A stretch of 63,269 nt of DNA, filler included, from Dicyema japonicum (taxonomy: Eukaryota; Animalia; Dicyemida), in NCBI GenBank assembly GCA_011109175.1. It is 8 parts of 8 records of this genome, joined end to end, with 100 filler letters (N's around TTAATTAATTAA, not from the genome) between each part and the next. Parts side by side here need not be neighbours in the genome. Positions count along the whole stretch, not along the records: positions 10,814 to 27,957 come from RDEW01000066.1; positions 28,058 to 30,852 come from RDEW01000168.1; 6 more parts are not named here. One strand, given 5' to 3'. The translations under genes and the position numbers were made by a program. Below the pieces are notes generated by a model. It saw only the letters and a program-made list of their open reading frames with translations. It was not told the origin of the DNA and did not search any database. The first letter of the stretch is position 1. The number at the start of each line of letters is the position of its first letter. This document shows positions 13,301-28,699 of this stretch, one piece after another.

Positions 13301-14160
13301 TTAATTTAATAGATAAAACATTCGAAAGGAGAAATATCGTCTGTACTAATGACTAGACTAAAAAAATAGTTTCTAAATTTTATTCTTTGTGGTTTTAATG
13401 AAATTAATTGAAGTTAATCTTAGTTCAAGGTTAATGTAACAGGCTGCCCATAGGTATCGCGCTGCCCATGTGACATATTATTAATATTCTCATTTTCTGT
13501 TTCAGGCGTTTTATAAATGGGCAGATAACCACGTTTTAAATTTATTAGTGGTTTTTAGTATAATGATAAACCTATAATTTGTAATCAACGATGTGTAAAT
13601 AATTGTTTTTAGAGTTTCAATGCATTTTTGCTACTTAATATGATATTGTACCTCAAAATCCGATTTTTTATTAGTATATCAAAAAACACAATAAAACCAT
13701 GTGATAATATATTTTTCACATATGTAGGAAGATATATCAGGTATAGTAAACGAGTTTATCGACTCAAATTTGCGGCACATTATTATTTTCTGTTGTCACA
13801 AACAAAACTTTAGTCAACTATTAAAAAACAGTCAAATATTCTAAAACGAACAAAGTTCAATACTGTGACGTATGATTTTCCAATCCAAATCGCTCTAGCT
13901 TAAAATTTATATAAAATAAGCTATTTCAGCATCGCTCGGTGACCAATACCTCGGAAACTTTACAGGAGTTTTCATTGGACACTCCTGGTGTGTCTGAGTA
14001 AGCATTCAACAGTGATTTTTTAGTTTATCATTAAGACTGATTTTGAGAAAGTAATCTTATAATTTTAATAATTATATTTAATGTTTATTATTAGAATTTG
14101 TTCTATTAAATATAAATTATTTCAAATAGTATAATAAAAATTCAAAAATATTGAGGTCAT

Positions 14161-16322
<2,162 letters not shown>

Positions 16323-16792
16323 ANTTTAGTCTTAAATTTGAAAAATATGACTCTGATTACCTATTTAAAGTATCGCATTTAAATTGCAGTTTTAGATAAA
16401 TTATTTAATAAAATAAGTAGATCCAAAAGAAAATAATTAATTTAAGTTGATCCAAAGGAAATAATTAATTTAAGTTGAGCGTAGCGTCATCGGCTTCATA
16501 AACGCATTCCGCTGAGTTGATTTTTAGACCGGAAAGGAACTCCACAGTGTTTCGAAATTTTTATTTCAAATTTTAGAAAGGGACCAGATTTAATGACTTG
16601 AAGTAAAATATTGAAAATTTTCTAGTTGAGACATTTAAAGGTTTCCTATATTTTTCCCAAATCATTAGGCAGTAAATGTCTTTGTGAGCAGAATGAATCT
16701 TTAAGAGAACCAGAGTAATACAACGTTTTATTAAATTTTATTCAATTGAATTAATGATAATTAAAGCTTCCAGAGAATTCTGATTTATTTCA

Positions 16793-17420
16793 TTATTCAC
16801 AAACTGATCTCTTTGATTTGATGCAGTAAATACAAACTAATATATTTATAAAATACGAGTACTTTCTATGAGTATGCCCAAGAAAATCAAAATACCGATA
16901 GCTACGGCCCCATATATATAAACATCTATAATATTACTGAACTAATTGAACATTTCATTTTCATTATTTCAACACGAGGATCAATTATATATGTTTCCGC
17001 GTGTCCATAAGGAAGCACAAATGTAAGAATTACTTGTAATTTATTAGAATTATAATTCAATTTTTGAATCGAAACGAAAAAATTATTTTCGATTTTGCAA
17101 CTGTCTTTTACTTTTCTACAAGTGTTGAATTCTGAAACGCACAAATAAGCAGAAGTGAAATTATTTGTTTTTGTTTTTATGTGAAAATGATAAAAATTGT
17201 TGTATACATAACTTACATTAAGTCCTTCGTAAATATTATCAAAATCTATTTTCGAAAACGCAAAAAATGTAAAATACCAAAAAATATCTCTATTTCTTCT
17301 GTTATAATCCAAAATCTGAAGGAATGATCAACTTTAAATAAATAGTAAAAATTTTCCAACTTTAATCTAATATGATCAACATTATTTCTTATCTATTAAT
17401 ATTAAATAACAATAAATAAC
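16793..17420 (-). CDS. Orphan single-pass membrane protein, 3' exons (5' end unresolved)
   Basis: ORF 16926-17312 joined through two 26-nt GT-AG introns gives ...KMKYVYIYGAVAIGILIFLGILIEICIYCIKSKRSVCE*, a TM followed by a basic tail. Confidence 0.45.
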
Positions 17421-18318
17421 AATTTCTATTTTATATTCAGATTCTTGTGCAGTTTTTCCGTTACGAAACAAAACATAATCTGTTCTATTAGTATTCATTT
17501 TTTCATAAATCAATGAAGGCAATTCTAAGAATATTTTCCAAATACTCTAACCAGGGTACCAAATTTCATATTTTGTTTCATTGCAAAATGTTTTTAAACT
17601 ATTAAATCGATTGGTTTTGAATTTATTGTTTATCTCTAAAATTTTTATGAAAAATCGTCACCAGTCAAATTAAGGCATTTTGGATCATCAACAAGCGTTC
17701 CATTTGACAAAAAAATTATATCTACAATTTTTTATTTCAGTTTTATTACCTTTGGTTATAATAATCGAAAATATTGAAAATAACACAAACATTTAACCAG
17801 TTTTAGAAAAATGACGTATTCGTGGTTTTATAGATACAAATGAGTATTTTTCCTATTTTGAAATTATTTTCATCGCCGAGTTTGGAAATTTAATATAATA
17901 CTTAAAGACGCACATTTACAGATTTTTGTTTTTACAAATTTTAGAACAAAGTATGCAAAAATGTCCATTCTCTGTTTGGTTTCTGTGCTCGAACAATGAG
18001 AGTTCTATTCTGAATTTTTTTTGAAGACATAAATTAAAAATACTACTTTCTAAGTAATTATACCACATAGAAAAAGTAATTTAAATAGTATTACATAATT
18101 AACTAACTACAATAAAGATAGCCGCCAATCTACTTCAAAATTACCAATATAATCGTATTTTTATAAAAGTCGTAAACCCAATACCCGTGAGCCTATTTGA
18201 ATAGTTAAAAACTAATAAAACTTCCAGAACAGTCTGTTCTACTTTGTTTGTTACAAAGCAATCTTTTGACCTTTTTTGTTTCAGCCTGTACATAAAAACT
18301 AATTACATTAATATATAT

Positions 18319-18954
18319 TCAATTAGTTTTTATTTGAATAAAGATTACGACCACAACAATGATAACTAATGCCCAATACTTGGAAATTTTTTGATTCGTT
18401 CTTCTTGCTGGTGATACCTTAAAAAAAGATATAAAACATTTATTACAGGAGGGGAGTCGCTATTCCAGTTTAACTCGGGCCTAGTGTTTAAAGAATACTC
18501 TGAGATTTCTCTATTCGTTCTTCTTGCTGGTGAAACCTTAAAAAAATTATAAAAAATTTATTACAGGAGGGGAGTCGCTATTCCAGTTTAACTCGGGCCT
18601 AGTGTTTAAGAAATACTCTGAGATTTTTCTATCCGCTCTTCTTGCTGGTGAAACCTTTAAAAAAGTTATAAAAAATTTATTACAGGACGAAAGTCGCTAC
18701 TCCAGTTTAACTCGGGCCTAGTATTTGAATTATTGTTTAGAAGTTTTGGAATATACTAAATAAAATAAAATAAACAACTAAAAACACCAATGGAGGTTGA
18801 ACCATTAAAAGAAATTCGCGATAATTTACAAATAAATACATCCTAATTAACGAAACGTTATTAATAATGGCTTACATTATGCAATTTTTACGGGCTTGAA
18901 AATGCAGACAAAATTGATTGAATCTCGTGCCAACATTCTTAAGAATAATTAAAC
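18319..18954 (-). CDS. Orphan protein with three ~30-aa repeats and a C-terminal hydrophobic anchor (5' end in gap)
   Basis: The frame stays open across five micro-introns. Repeats read RPELNW(S/N)SD(FR/SP)P|VSPARR..., ending KYWALVIIVVVVIFIQIKTN*. Confidence 0.55.
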
Positions 18955-19514
18955 NNNNNNNNNNNNNNNNNNNNNNNNNNNNNNNNNNNNNNNNNNNNNN
19001 NNNNNNNNNNNNNNNNNNNNNNNNNNNNNNNNNNNNNNNNNNNNNNNNNNNNNNNNNNNNNNNNNNNNNNNNNNNNNNNNNNNNNNNNNNNNNNNNNNNN
19101 NNNNNNNNNNNNNNNNNNNNNNNNNNNNNNNNNNNNNNNNNNNNNNNNNNNNNNNNNNNNNNNNNNNNNNNNNNNNNNNNNNNNNNNNNNNNNNNNNNNN
19201 NNNNNNNNNNNNNNNNNNNNNNNNNNNNNNNNNNNNNNNNNNNNNNNNNNNNNNNNNNNNNNNNNNNNNNNNNNNNNNNNNNNNNNNNNNNNNNNNNNNN
19301 NNNNNNNNNNNNNNNNNNNNNNNNNNNNNNNNNNNNNNNNNNNNNNNNNNNNNNNNNNNNNNNNNNAATTGACCACCAATTGACAGCGAGATTAGAAGAA
19401 TTTGGTAGAAATATTAACTATTTAATTAAGTTTTTCGTAAAGATACAAATTATTTTCGGTATGCCTCTCTTCTTAATCTTTTTTATTATTCAAAAATAAT
19501 TTTTTCAATAGATA

Positions 19515-20465
19515 ACCGATGGAAGGAATACGGAGCATGGAGAATTTTCGGATATCCGATTCATGAAAGATATCCATTAGTAATGCATTTAGGGGTGCAC
19601 TTGGAAAATGGGCAAAGGGTATATTTTACAGAAGAAACTGCCCGTAATCAAGTTATGAATCCAAGAAATTCAACGCTTATGGCCTACTTTGAATTATGTC
19701 GGACAGATGAATTTGCGAAGACAATTTATAGAAACATTCACTGATCTGCGGACTGTCAATGGTGTACTCTGCGAAACATACAGAGAAGCCTGTTTTAAAT
19801 TAGGTCTTTTAGAGGATGACAATCACTGGAATCAGACTTTAACAGAAGCCGCAATTGCAGATTCTCCATCACGACTAAGGTATTGATATACTTTGATGCT
19901 AGCCCATTGTGGGTTAGCAAATCCTAAGCAATTGTGGGAAGGTCATCGAGAAAGCATGTACGAAGATATATTAAGAGAGAAGAATAGATCGAGTTTTGAT
20001 GAAGAGATTTTCAACATTGGATTAATCATGATAGACAGATTGCTAATATCTGTCGTAGGTAAGAGTGTAAGTGAATTTGGTTTTAAAATCAGCGATATTC
20101 ATTATATAAATAGTTTAGATGAGCATTATAATTTAGAAGAACTCCGAACAATTGTGGAGGAAAGAGAACATAGCTTATTCGCTGGTCAGTTGGAAATATA
20201 CAGAGAAATTAACCGAGTCATCGCAGAAGAAAATGGTTCTATCATTTTTATTGATGCACCGGGTGGTACAGATAAGACCTATCTTCTAAATTTATTGTTA
20301 GCGAAGGTGANCGAACAATTGTGGAGGAAAGAGAACATAGCTTATTCGCTGGTCAGTTGGAAATATACAGAGAAATTAACCGAGTCGTCGCAGAAGAAAA
20401 TGGTTCTATCATTTTTATTGATGCATCGGGTGGTACAGATAAGACCTATCTTCTAAATTTATTGT
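19515..20465 (+). mobile_element. Helitron Rep/Hel remnant
   Basis: WRIFGYPIHERYP.VMHLGVHLENGQRVYF, STLMAYFELC, TYREACFKLGLLEDDNHW and the degenerate Walker A FIDAPGGTDKTYLLN. Contains stops and an n-flanked duplication. Confidence 0.85.
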
Positions 20466-20599
20466 CGCGCTCCATGCAGGTTACACCAATTTTAAGCGTT
20501 ACACTTTGGCCTTGACTTTTTTTGGATATTGACATCTAAAGTCAATTAACCACAATTAAAATCGACACTGGCAGGATTCGACTACAATGGAAGATCATC

Positions 20600-21285
20600 A
20601 ACCAAAATTTTACCAGAATGAAAAAATTTCGATTTATTAAGAAGGCCAATCTTTTCTTGTTAGAAGATTCAATACTTTTTACAAATGACGAGGCTCATAA
20701 ACGAGTTATTGCTCAGAACGACATTCAAACTATGAAGATAGAATGCATGAAACAGCACTTGACCACTCATTATGGAATCAATAAACTTAAAGAATTTTGC
20801 GACAATTATTATTTCACTATCAAAAGGTCTATTATAGGTGAAGTATTTTCCGAATGCACAGCATGTCCACTTAGCCAACCTTTAAAGCTCAAATTCCTAT
20901 GATTCACATTAAAGCAAAGTTACCTCGAAAAAGATTTCAAATGGACTTGGTGGATTTAAGTCGATGGTCCCAAGCCAATGATGTCTTTAAATATATATTT
21001 AATATCATTGACGTATATTCCAAATTTTGTTTTGCAAAAGCTATCGTCTCAAAAGAGGAAACTGCTATTTTTTCAGCATTAAAAACTATCTTTTTTTGTT
21101 TTGGACCTCATCAGATTTTACAATCTGACAATGGGAAAGAGTTCAAAAATGAACTAGTAAATTCTTTATGCACAGAATTTAACATTTTACAAAAGTTTAG
21201 TCGTCCAAGGCTTCTTCAGTCCCAGGGCCAAGTGGAACGTTGTAGCCAAACGTTAACTCGTTGGTTACAAAAAAAACTTTTTTAA
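20600..21285 (+). mobile_element. Ginger/TDD-like (retroviral-type) DDE integrase, frameshifted and truncated
   Basis: HHCC zinc finger (QHLTTHYG...CTAC), FQMDLVD, QSDNGKEF and SQGQVER. Frameshift at about 20900. Confidence 0.8.
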
Positions 21286-21307
21286 TAGAGTTTAATAGAT
21301 AGAATTA

Positions 21308-21510
21308 CGGTTAAGGTAGTGGCAAGGTTAGGAAATGGTTAGGGTATGGTTTGGATTAGTAAATGGTTAGGGTTGGGATAGGGTTGGGTTAGGGAGTGGT
21401 TAGGGAGTGGTTAGATTAGAATGAAGATAGGGTTGGGGTTAGGGTTTGTTTGGATTAGGATCAAGATAGGGTTAGGGTTTGGTTGGATTAGAACCAAATT
21501 AGAACCAAAG
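21308..21510 (+). repeat. Degenerate TTAGGG-like G-rich array
   Basis: Repeated GGTTAGGG, GGGTTGGG and GATAGGG units; strongly strand-asymmetric. Confidence 0.75.
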
Positions 21511-22367
21511 TAGGAGAATAATATTTATTTTTATAATATTTATTTTTCTTTTTTATATAAAATAATAAATTATTTTTTCATTTTTGAACAATTATTATGT
21601 AGTGTTTTATTACACACCACTTACTTAAATAAGATATTTAACATTGAGATTGCGATTTTTATGANTGATAATGATTTTTCATTAGATGCTGATTTTTTCG
21701 AATTCATCTCTAAGCTAACACTTTTAATAATTCCATCAACAGCCTCTATCATTTTGACTAGCACATCTTCTTTAAAACAACTATTCTAGAGCAAATGATT
21801 CGCAGAGTATGCCAACATATTGGGATTTTCCCGGCTATTTTTGAGTTTCGGAAACATGGAGTTAAGAATTTTTCTTGAGGGATCCAGCACCACACCAAAC
21901 AGCAAAGGAGACCATGAATCTCCTTTTAGTATTTCCCGTTCTAAATTTAGCGACTCAATTTTGTTTCCATCGATATGTTCACTTCTTGACTATGCTTTTC
22001 ATAAAGCTCACAATCCAAGGTGGTATTCCAGATCAATCCAACACGCGGAACAAGAAATCGTGATCCGCTGACTAAAATGCTTTTTTCACATTAATCCAAG
22101 CAAAGTAAAGGCCATTTCCATATTCCCTAATTAAGCATTGGTTAATAAGGGCTTGCTCCTCTACACTTGGCATTAACACAGGTGATGAAAAGTTTATACA
22201 ATCTTGGCATACACGTTATAATATGTCGCGAGCCGAGAGTGAAACCGAGAAATTATTACTCACCGCAGCAGCCGTAAAATTAGTTAATATCTCGTAATAA
22301 TTATTCTTTAATAAATATGGCTTTGAGTACTCGAATCGAATTAAGTCTGTTTTATAAGCTGTATGAG

Positions 22368-22573
22368 AAGGCACTTTCTCAGAAGCACAGATCTGAGACA
22401 TACAAGTTGGAATGAACTCGGTCAATCATACACAGCAGAGCACTTTTTAATTTTCTAAGCATGGTAAATAAAAGGCAGTTTCTCAGAAGCACAGATCTGA
22501 GACATACAAGTTGGAATGAACTCGGTCAATCATACACAGCAGAGCACTTTTTAATTTTCTAAGCATGGTAAAT
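22368..22573. repeat. Tandem duplication, 104-bp unit
   Basis: TTTCTCAGAAGCACAGATCTG... starts at 22375 and again at 22479. Confidence 0.85.
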
Positions 22574-23859
22574 CAGTTGTCAAATTAAGTTTAAAAAGCA
22601 TCATTTCCATCAACTCATAGGCCACAAACATCTTTAGGGGAATTAAAATACGATAAGATTTACAAAACTAAATTAAGACAATTTTTTCAGACTAAGTTAA
22701 AATTCCATAAAGATAAACGTTTAAAAATAAAGAAAAGTTAAAAATTGTTGTAAATACTACCTACTTCAGTGTAAAATTTTTAATCAATTAACTTATTCAC
22801 CTCCGGACCCGTGCGAAATTAGATAAAACAAGCCAATATTCACGTTTTTAGGACCCACAAGATTATTTTCCCACAAATAATTTTTGTTGGTAAATAATGG
22901 TTTCTAAATTTATGAGTTGAATATAGATGATCGATTTACCAATTTATATTGTTTATAATTTTTATTGAGCACATTCTAAATCCCACAAATTTGAAATTTG
23001 ANCTGAGAATTTTAGAATGGTGGAATATTAATTAAAACAAGCCAATATTCATGTTTTTAAGACGCACAAGATTNACACAGATATTAAAATTCTTTCTTGT
23101 AATAATATTCATTCCTTTAATTAAGCTGATTTCCATTATTCCATTCTTTGCTGGGTCAATTTTTGTAAGATTTTTATCTCCGGGATTCTTTTCGAAAACG
23201 TGATATGGTGAGATATCAGAAAATAACACAAATATTGACATTCTTTCTTGTAATAATATTCATTCCTTTAATTAAGCTGATTTCCATTATTCCATTCTTT
23301 GCTGGGTCAATTTTTGTAAGATTTTTATCTCCGAGATCCTTTTTGAAAACGTGATATGGTGAGATATCAGGAAATAACACAAATATTGACATTCTTTTTT
23401 GACAGTCGGACCTCGATTTAGAACAGATCTGGGACTGGAACACCTCAATTTTGGAACACTTGGTAGGATCTTGCCAAAAATAAATAATTCTTGTTGAATG
23501 AAAACCTCGATGTGAAGCTAAATTTATTATTTTTAAAAAATTGATTCTTTTCGAATAAAAAAACTCACGCATTTATTTACGAGAAAAAAGTTGAAATTGA
23601 TAATAATCGGACGGATGTGATAGAAAAAGTTGTACAGATAAAGTTTTTGAAAGCACGGAAAGCAGCGAGAATGAAGAATTTTTTTATGAAAGTATGCAAA
23701 ATATAAAGACTACGATCAAATAATTATTAGAAATTAATGAATCGGAAGAATCAGTTTTAGACATTGCTTCAAGTTCGTTAAAAGATTTTTACTGCTCCAG
23801 ACAAAGTTTATCTTTTTATTTCCCAAATGGAACACGAGAAACGGAACAAATAAAGTCAC

Positions 23860-24320
23860 ATGATTCCGACACGCTTCTGGAGGGTCTTCATCTTTGCCCG
23901 ATTTTCTTCACGTGAGCCCACGCAAGAGCGTCTGGGACGTGTAGTCTTAGTCTCCGCGATTGCATTATATCTTCGTCCATATGAGTGCAAGAGGGCTTTC
24001 ATGTTTGTAGGAGCTGAGGACTTGCCTCTAGTCTAGCGCTCCGTGAATGTAAAGACTCTTTTCAGGCTCGCCTCGATCTTCATTTTGTTAGTCCAGGAAA
24101 TACCGCCCATGACGATGTCGTCGGCGTAGGAAATCAGGATGTCGTTTTCATTATACGATAGAGGCAGATCAGCGATGAAGAGGTTAAACAGGGCTCTTCT
24201 TTAAAACCGTGTTGGAAGGACTTGTCGGGGAGATAGCCCTTGATCTTCCAGAGAAAAAGTTTTTCCAGGACCTTCGACAAAGAACAGAGTAGGGCGACTG
24301 TTCTGAAGAGCTCGGTTCCT
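23860..24320 (-). mobile_element. Non-LTR RT remnant
   Basis: The minus strand reads LFNLFIADLPLSYNENDILISYADDIV (RT catalytic YADD motif). Confidence 0.7.
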
Positions 24321-24566
24321 TTTTCGGTTTCAATGAATAATGATATTTATAACTTTTTTACATTAATTAAAGTATTACATTTATATTGGTGTTAATTTTT
24401 TGACAAAACCTCCGTATTGGAACACAGTCAAATTAAAAAATATCCGCATATAACATACATATTTTACCAAGAAATATTTAAAATTCCTGAATTTTTAATC
24501 GATCAACTCTATTAAAAGATACTTATCAGTTGTTTCTCTAATAAGATTTCAGCTAGAAATCACAAG

Positions 24567-24787
24567 ATGCAATAATTAATAAATGTTTTTAATAGTTTTG
24601 AATTGATGTTTTTATATGTTTCTGTATAAAAAATCAAATGACTTAATCTGGAACTATGTCAGGAATTCTAATTAAATGCAATAATTAATTAATTTTTTTA
24701 ATAGTTTTGAATTGATGTTTTTATATGTTTCTGTATAAAAAATCAAATGACTTAATCTGGAACTATGTCAGGAATTCTAATTAAATG
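24567..24787. repeat. Tandem duplication, ~109-bp unit
   Basis: ATGCAATAATTAAT...GGAATTCTAATTAAATG occurs twice. Confidence 0.85.
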
Positions 24788-25756
24788 ACGTACTTATTGC
24801 AATATAAATCGAGTTTCTGCAGTCCGTGGCTAGACATGTTCGTAATCTTGTCATTTGTCTTTGTCTCAAATGTTTTCAATCAAGAGGTTGAAAAGTTAAA
24901 AAAAATTGAAATGGTTTTCACACAAAATACTACTGACTCACTGAACATGAGCCTACAATTAAACCTGTAGATCTGACTGTCTAATTCGATTAGAACATTT
25001 AATAGCACGTTCACGACGATGATCAATGACCTTTAGGTTCCACTCGATTATGTAAGAACTTAATAAAATTAATTTCAGGATTGAGAACCTAGAGCACTGA
25101 TATATGTATTTAGAAAATTATTCGATATGCAAATCACGACTACGACTGATTATACATGTAATTGGTTAATCTAATATGTCGCTAGATTATGATGCTCAAA
25201 TAAATCAACTTAAACCGCAAATTCAAGAACTCTTACATAAACTAAACATATTAGCTTCTCCGAGTAGTAGAAAACGAGAGGCGGAAATATTTACCGGCCA
25301 CAGAATCCAGAAAAGACAGGTAAAATAAATTTTAAATAAAAATTTGAAGGAGGGAGAACTGGGCTTTAAAGAAATGCATAATCGTAAGAATTTCAATATA
25401 ACTAATAACTTTAATTAAAATTAATTAATTATAGTGACAATATTATTAGCTTTAAACTACCAAGACAAAGTTCTAGACATCTAAATAAAAATGTATAAAT
25501 TTTAACTAAAGTTAATGATTAGTAATGATGAAATTCCTTTCGAAGTTGAGAATCTTGCATTTCCAACTAATTTTGTATTTATTTTATTACTTATGTAAGG
25601 ATTATATATCCAAGACCAGCATGTATTATTTTGTGAAATCATTTGGAGTTGAAATGAATGATTTAAAACCTCATGAAACGTTTTCATAATTCTTAAATCT
25701 TTTATAGATATCCAGAACAAATATCTCTAGCCCAATGTTTTGGAAGATCGTACATG

Positions 25757-26140
25757 GATATAGCTAAAATTTTTTTCCAATATGATACAACGACCATAAA
25801 TGCTGAAATCAATACAACAAAAAATAATCTTACTACTTGCTTAGTAACACATCTGATCAGTATATCATTATTTTATACTATTCAATAGCGACAATGCCTC
25901 CCACAATCACAATGCCTCACACAACTAGCTCAACTACCCCAAAACTGNTGATATAGCTGAAAATTTTTTCCTAACTGAAAGAACTGCCATAAATGCTAAC
26001 ATCCATACAATACAAAATAATCTTTTTACTTGCTTAAAAACACATACGATCAGTATATAATTATTTTATACTATTCAATAGCGACAATGCCTCCCACAAT
26101 CACAATGCCTCCCACAACTAGCTCAACTACCCCAAAACTG
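25757..26140. repeat. Diverged tandem duplication, ~193-bp unit
   Basis: GATCAGTATAT...GCCTCCCACAATCACAATGCCTC...CCCCAAAACTG occurs at about 25855 and 26048. Confidence 0.75.
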
Positions 26141-26339
26141 GCCAGTAATAAAATTTTTGGATTTATGATGGGAATTACCGTGAGTTATATAATTCAGGGA
26201 CTTCTTTAGTTAAAATAACTAATATCAGATCACTAAAAAGACTTGTAACCTTTTCTTCGATTACTAATAAAGTTGACTTTAATTTTATAATTATATACCG
26301 TGTATTAAAGTTATAAACTCCAAATGTGATAATGCTAAA

Positions 26340-28257
26340 AAAAAGGATGTTCCAATACTTATCGTAAAGCCCCAGAGTATATCTGACTGGCATCAGATTG
26401 TATAACACCAGAGGGAAGTCAATAGACACGTATTACTGTCAATCTAAAACTACTTTGATCGAGAAGACGTTGCCCCTCAGGATCGCAATGGAGATTCTTT
26501 GGAACAACCATTGCTTCTCCCGAGGCTCTCTCCGTCTTCTCGAGATCAGATTCCCGATTTTCCCGACGAGTTCGAAAGATTTTTGGCTCATGGCCCCGGA
26601 GGTTTCTACGGATATTGGGGAGAAGATGACGTTGTCCAACAGGTTGGAATATTTCAGAACTTTATGTACCTCAGCCTTCTCAGCGGCTGAGCCTGGACTG
26701 ATCGCGGAGTCAACTATATTGGTCTTCGAGAAGGTGTCCGTGCACGTGGAGTCCCACGCGAGGCATTTCCCATTACTCCACGGGAAAATGGTGACTCCAT
26801 CTGGGCCTTTACCGTCTCTACGGTCAAGCCCAACGGATTCCAGTTCTGTCGGGAATCNAGAAGATGACGTTGTCCAACAGGTTGGAATATTTCAGAACTT
26901 TATGTACCTCAGCCTTCTCAGCGGCTGAGCCTGGACTGATCGCGGAGTCAACTATATTGGTCTTCGAGAAGGTGTCCGTGCACGTGGAGTCCCACGCGAG
27001 GCATTTCCCATTACTCCACGGGAAAATGGTGACTCCATCTGGGCGTTTACCGTCTCCACGGTCAAGCCCAACAGGTTCCAGTTCTGTCGGGAATCCAGCA
27101 GCTTGTAACGCAGCCGAAATAGTCTCGTTGATAGCGGAATGTCTGGGAGCACGGCCAGTACTCCTTCTGCATGAAAGGGGATGTAATCCTTTGGTATCGA
27201 CTTTACTACCACATCGGCATTGGCCCCCCGAACAAACATTAAGTCCCAAGCGCATTGCTACGCCAATCCTTACACAGTCATTATCGAGAAGAGTTCCAGA
27301 CTGGGAGCAAGGGAGGGCATTAAGCCACGCACCACTTTCAGGTCTGGCAGCGGCACCGAAACAAGCGAGGCGGTGCTGATCCAATGTAGGTCTGATTGCT
27401 TCCATTTTAGCTTTGCTGGAGATATCATCCCATTCTCATTGGCGTGAGGTGTTAGATGGAATGGCTAATCCGGATCCATTCCAGAGTTCACAAGCTCCAG
27501 AAAATACCCGGTCCTCTTCCAATCCGCGAGAGTTACGTAGGATTTGGGTGATGAGGACTTGGGAGCTCGCACGTGAGGAGAGAAAGGCAGGAAGAGCCAT
27601 GTCCAGAGGCGAACGTAGTCCAACTCCACCAAGTCGTAGAGGTAATTTGCAACAAGTCCATCCAGCGTCATCAAAGGATATGTTTAGGATTTTTTCAGCG
27701 GCCAATTTCAGAGAAGTATCGAGCGATTGAAGCATGTCAGATTGTATTGAGCAGTTTGATGTTTGCAGCAAGTATAAAAGTCTTGGCAACATAAGGTTTA
27801 CTCTGAGCAGGAAGAATCCATAGTGAGTATCGAACAAGATGAGTTTATTTGTAAAATCAGTGAGCCATTTGGATTTCTTAGATAGCGAGTTCTTGAGTTG
27901 GATTTGGCCCATGGGCGTGCCGAGGAATAGAACATCTTCAATGGGTGTGGTTGTCAGNNNNNNNNNNNNNNNNNNNNNNNNNNNNNNNNNNNNNNNNNNN
28001 NTTAATTAATTAANNNNNNNNNNNNNNNNNNNNNNNNNNNNNNNNNNNNNNNNNNNNTGAAAACAGGGTGCACATCTTAACGTGTAAAGGATCTTGGGGG
28101 CGGAAAAGTGGTTTCGGAGGAGGAAAAGAGCCACATGAGGCTCGATGTCTTTAAGCTTCTCGACCATTTTTGATAGATTTGAGATCTTTCCAGACAATGA
28201 GTTAAAAATCACTGCCTCGACTTCGTTAGCGATCTTAGTATTAATTATCCGCAACAT
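26340..28257 (-). mobile_element. CRE-like non-LTR retrotransposon (RT C-terminus plus restriction-like endonuclease), broken by gaps
   Basis: LPRLLYLLQ, KLPLRLGGVGL, SGAWLNALP, the zinc knuckle CRCG...HPLSC, RH, EP, RPDG, WDSTC, PISVETSG and WLFQRISIAILRGN. Confidence 0.9.
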
Positions 28258-28699
28258 CAGCCACCGGACACCAACTATTCATCAATATTGGGCCTTCTCA
28301 TCTGGATACTCCTTTATACTGGATTATTATACTATTTCGCATGTAATGGATTATTATACTATTTTGAACACAGGCCACTGCTAGAGAAAAGGCAACCTAA
28401 GTTTTTTTCTATTTTTAGAAATATGATCCACATAAAAGATTGTACCTAATTAAATATTCGAATGTCACTAATTGAATAACATAAATATTGCATTTAAATA
28501 TTTCCTTGAATGGCTTTTTATCTATGTTTGCTCTAATTAATGTCAATAAACATGAAGTAGTCACAGTTGCTTTTTGAACTAAATTAATAGTTTATCCTTT
28601 TACCTAACCTCTAAATATGTCAATTATTAAAATATTGAAATGAAATTTAATGGAATTTTAAAAATTTGATTTAAATATCAAATAAGAACGTCACGGAAT

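Noticed and set aside
18390-18720. Regularly spaced repeats as a CRISPR array
   Set aside because: These are whole-unit tandem repeats with no unique spacers or cas genes, and are explained as exon-intron units.
20150-27090. Direct duplications flanking single n characters (5431, 20311, 23002-23074, 26858)
   Set aside because: The pattern is typical of overlapping contig ends joined with a 1-base gap.
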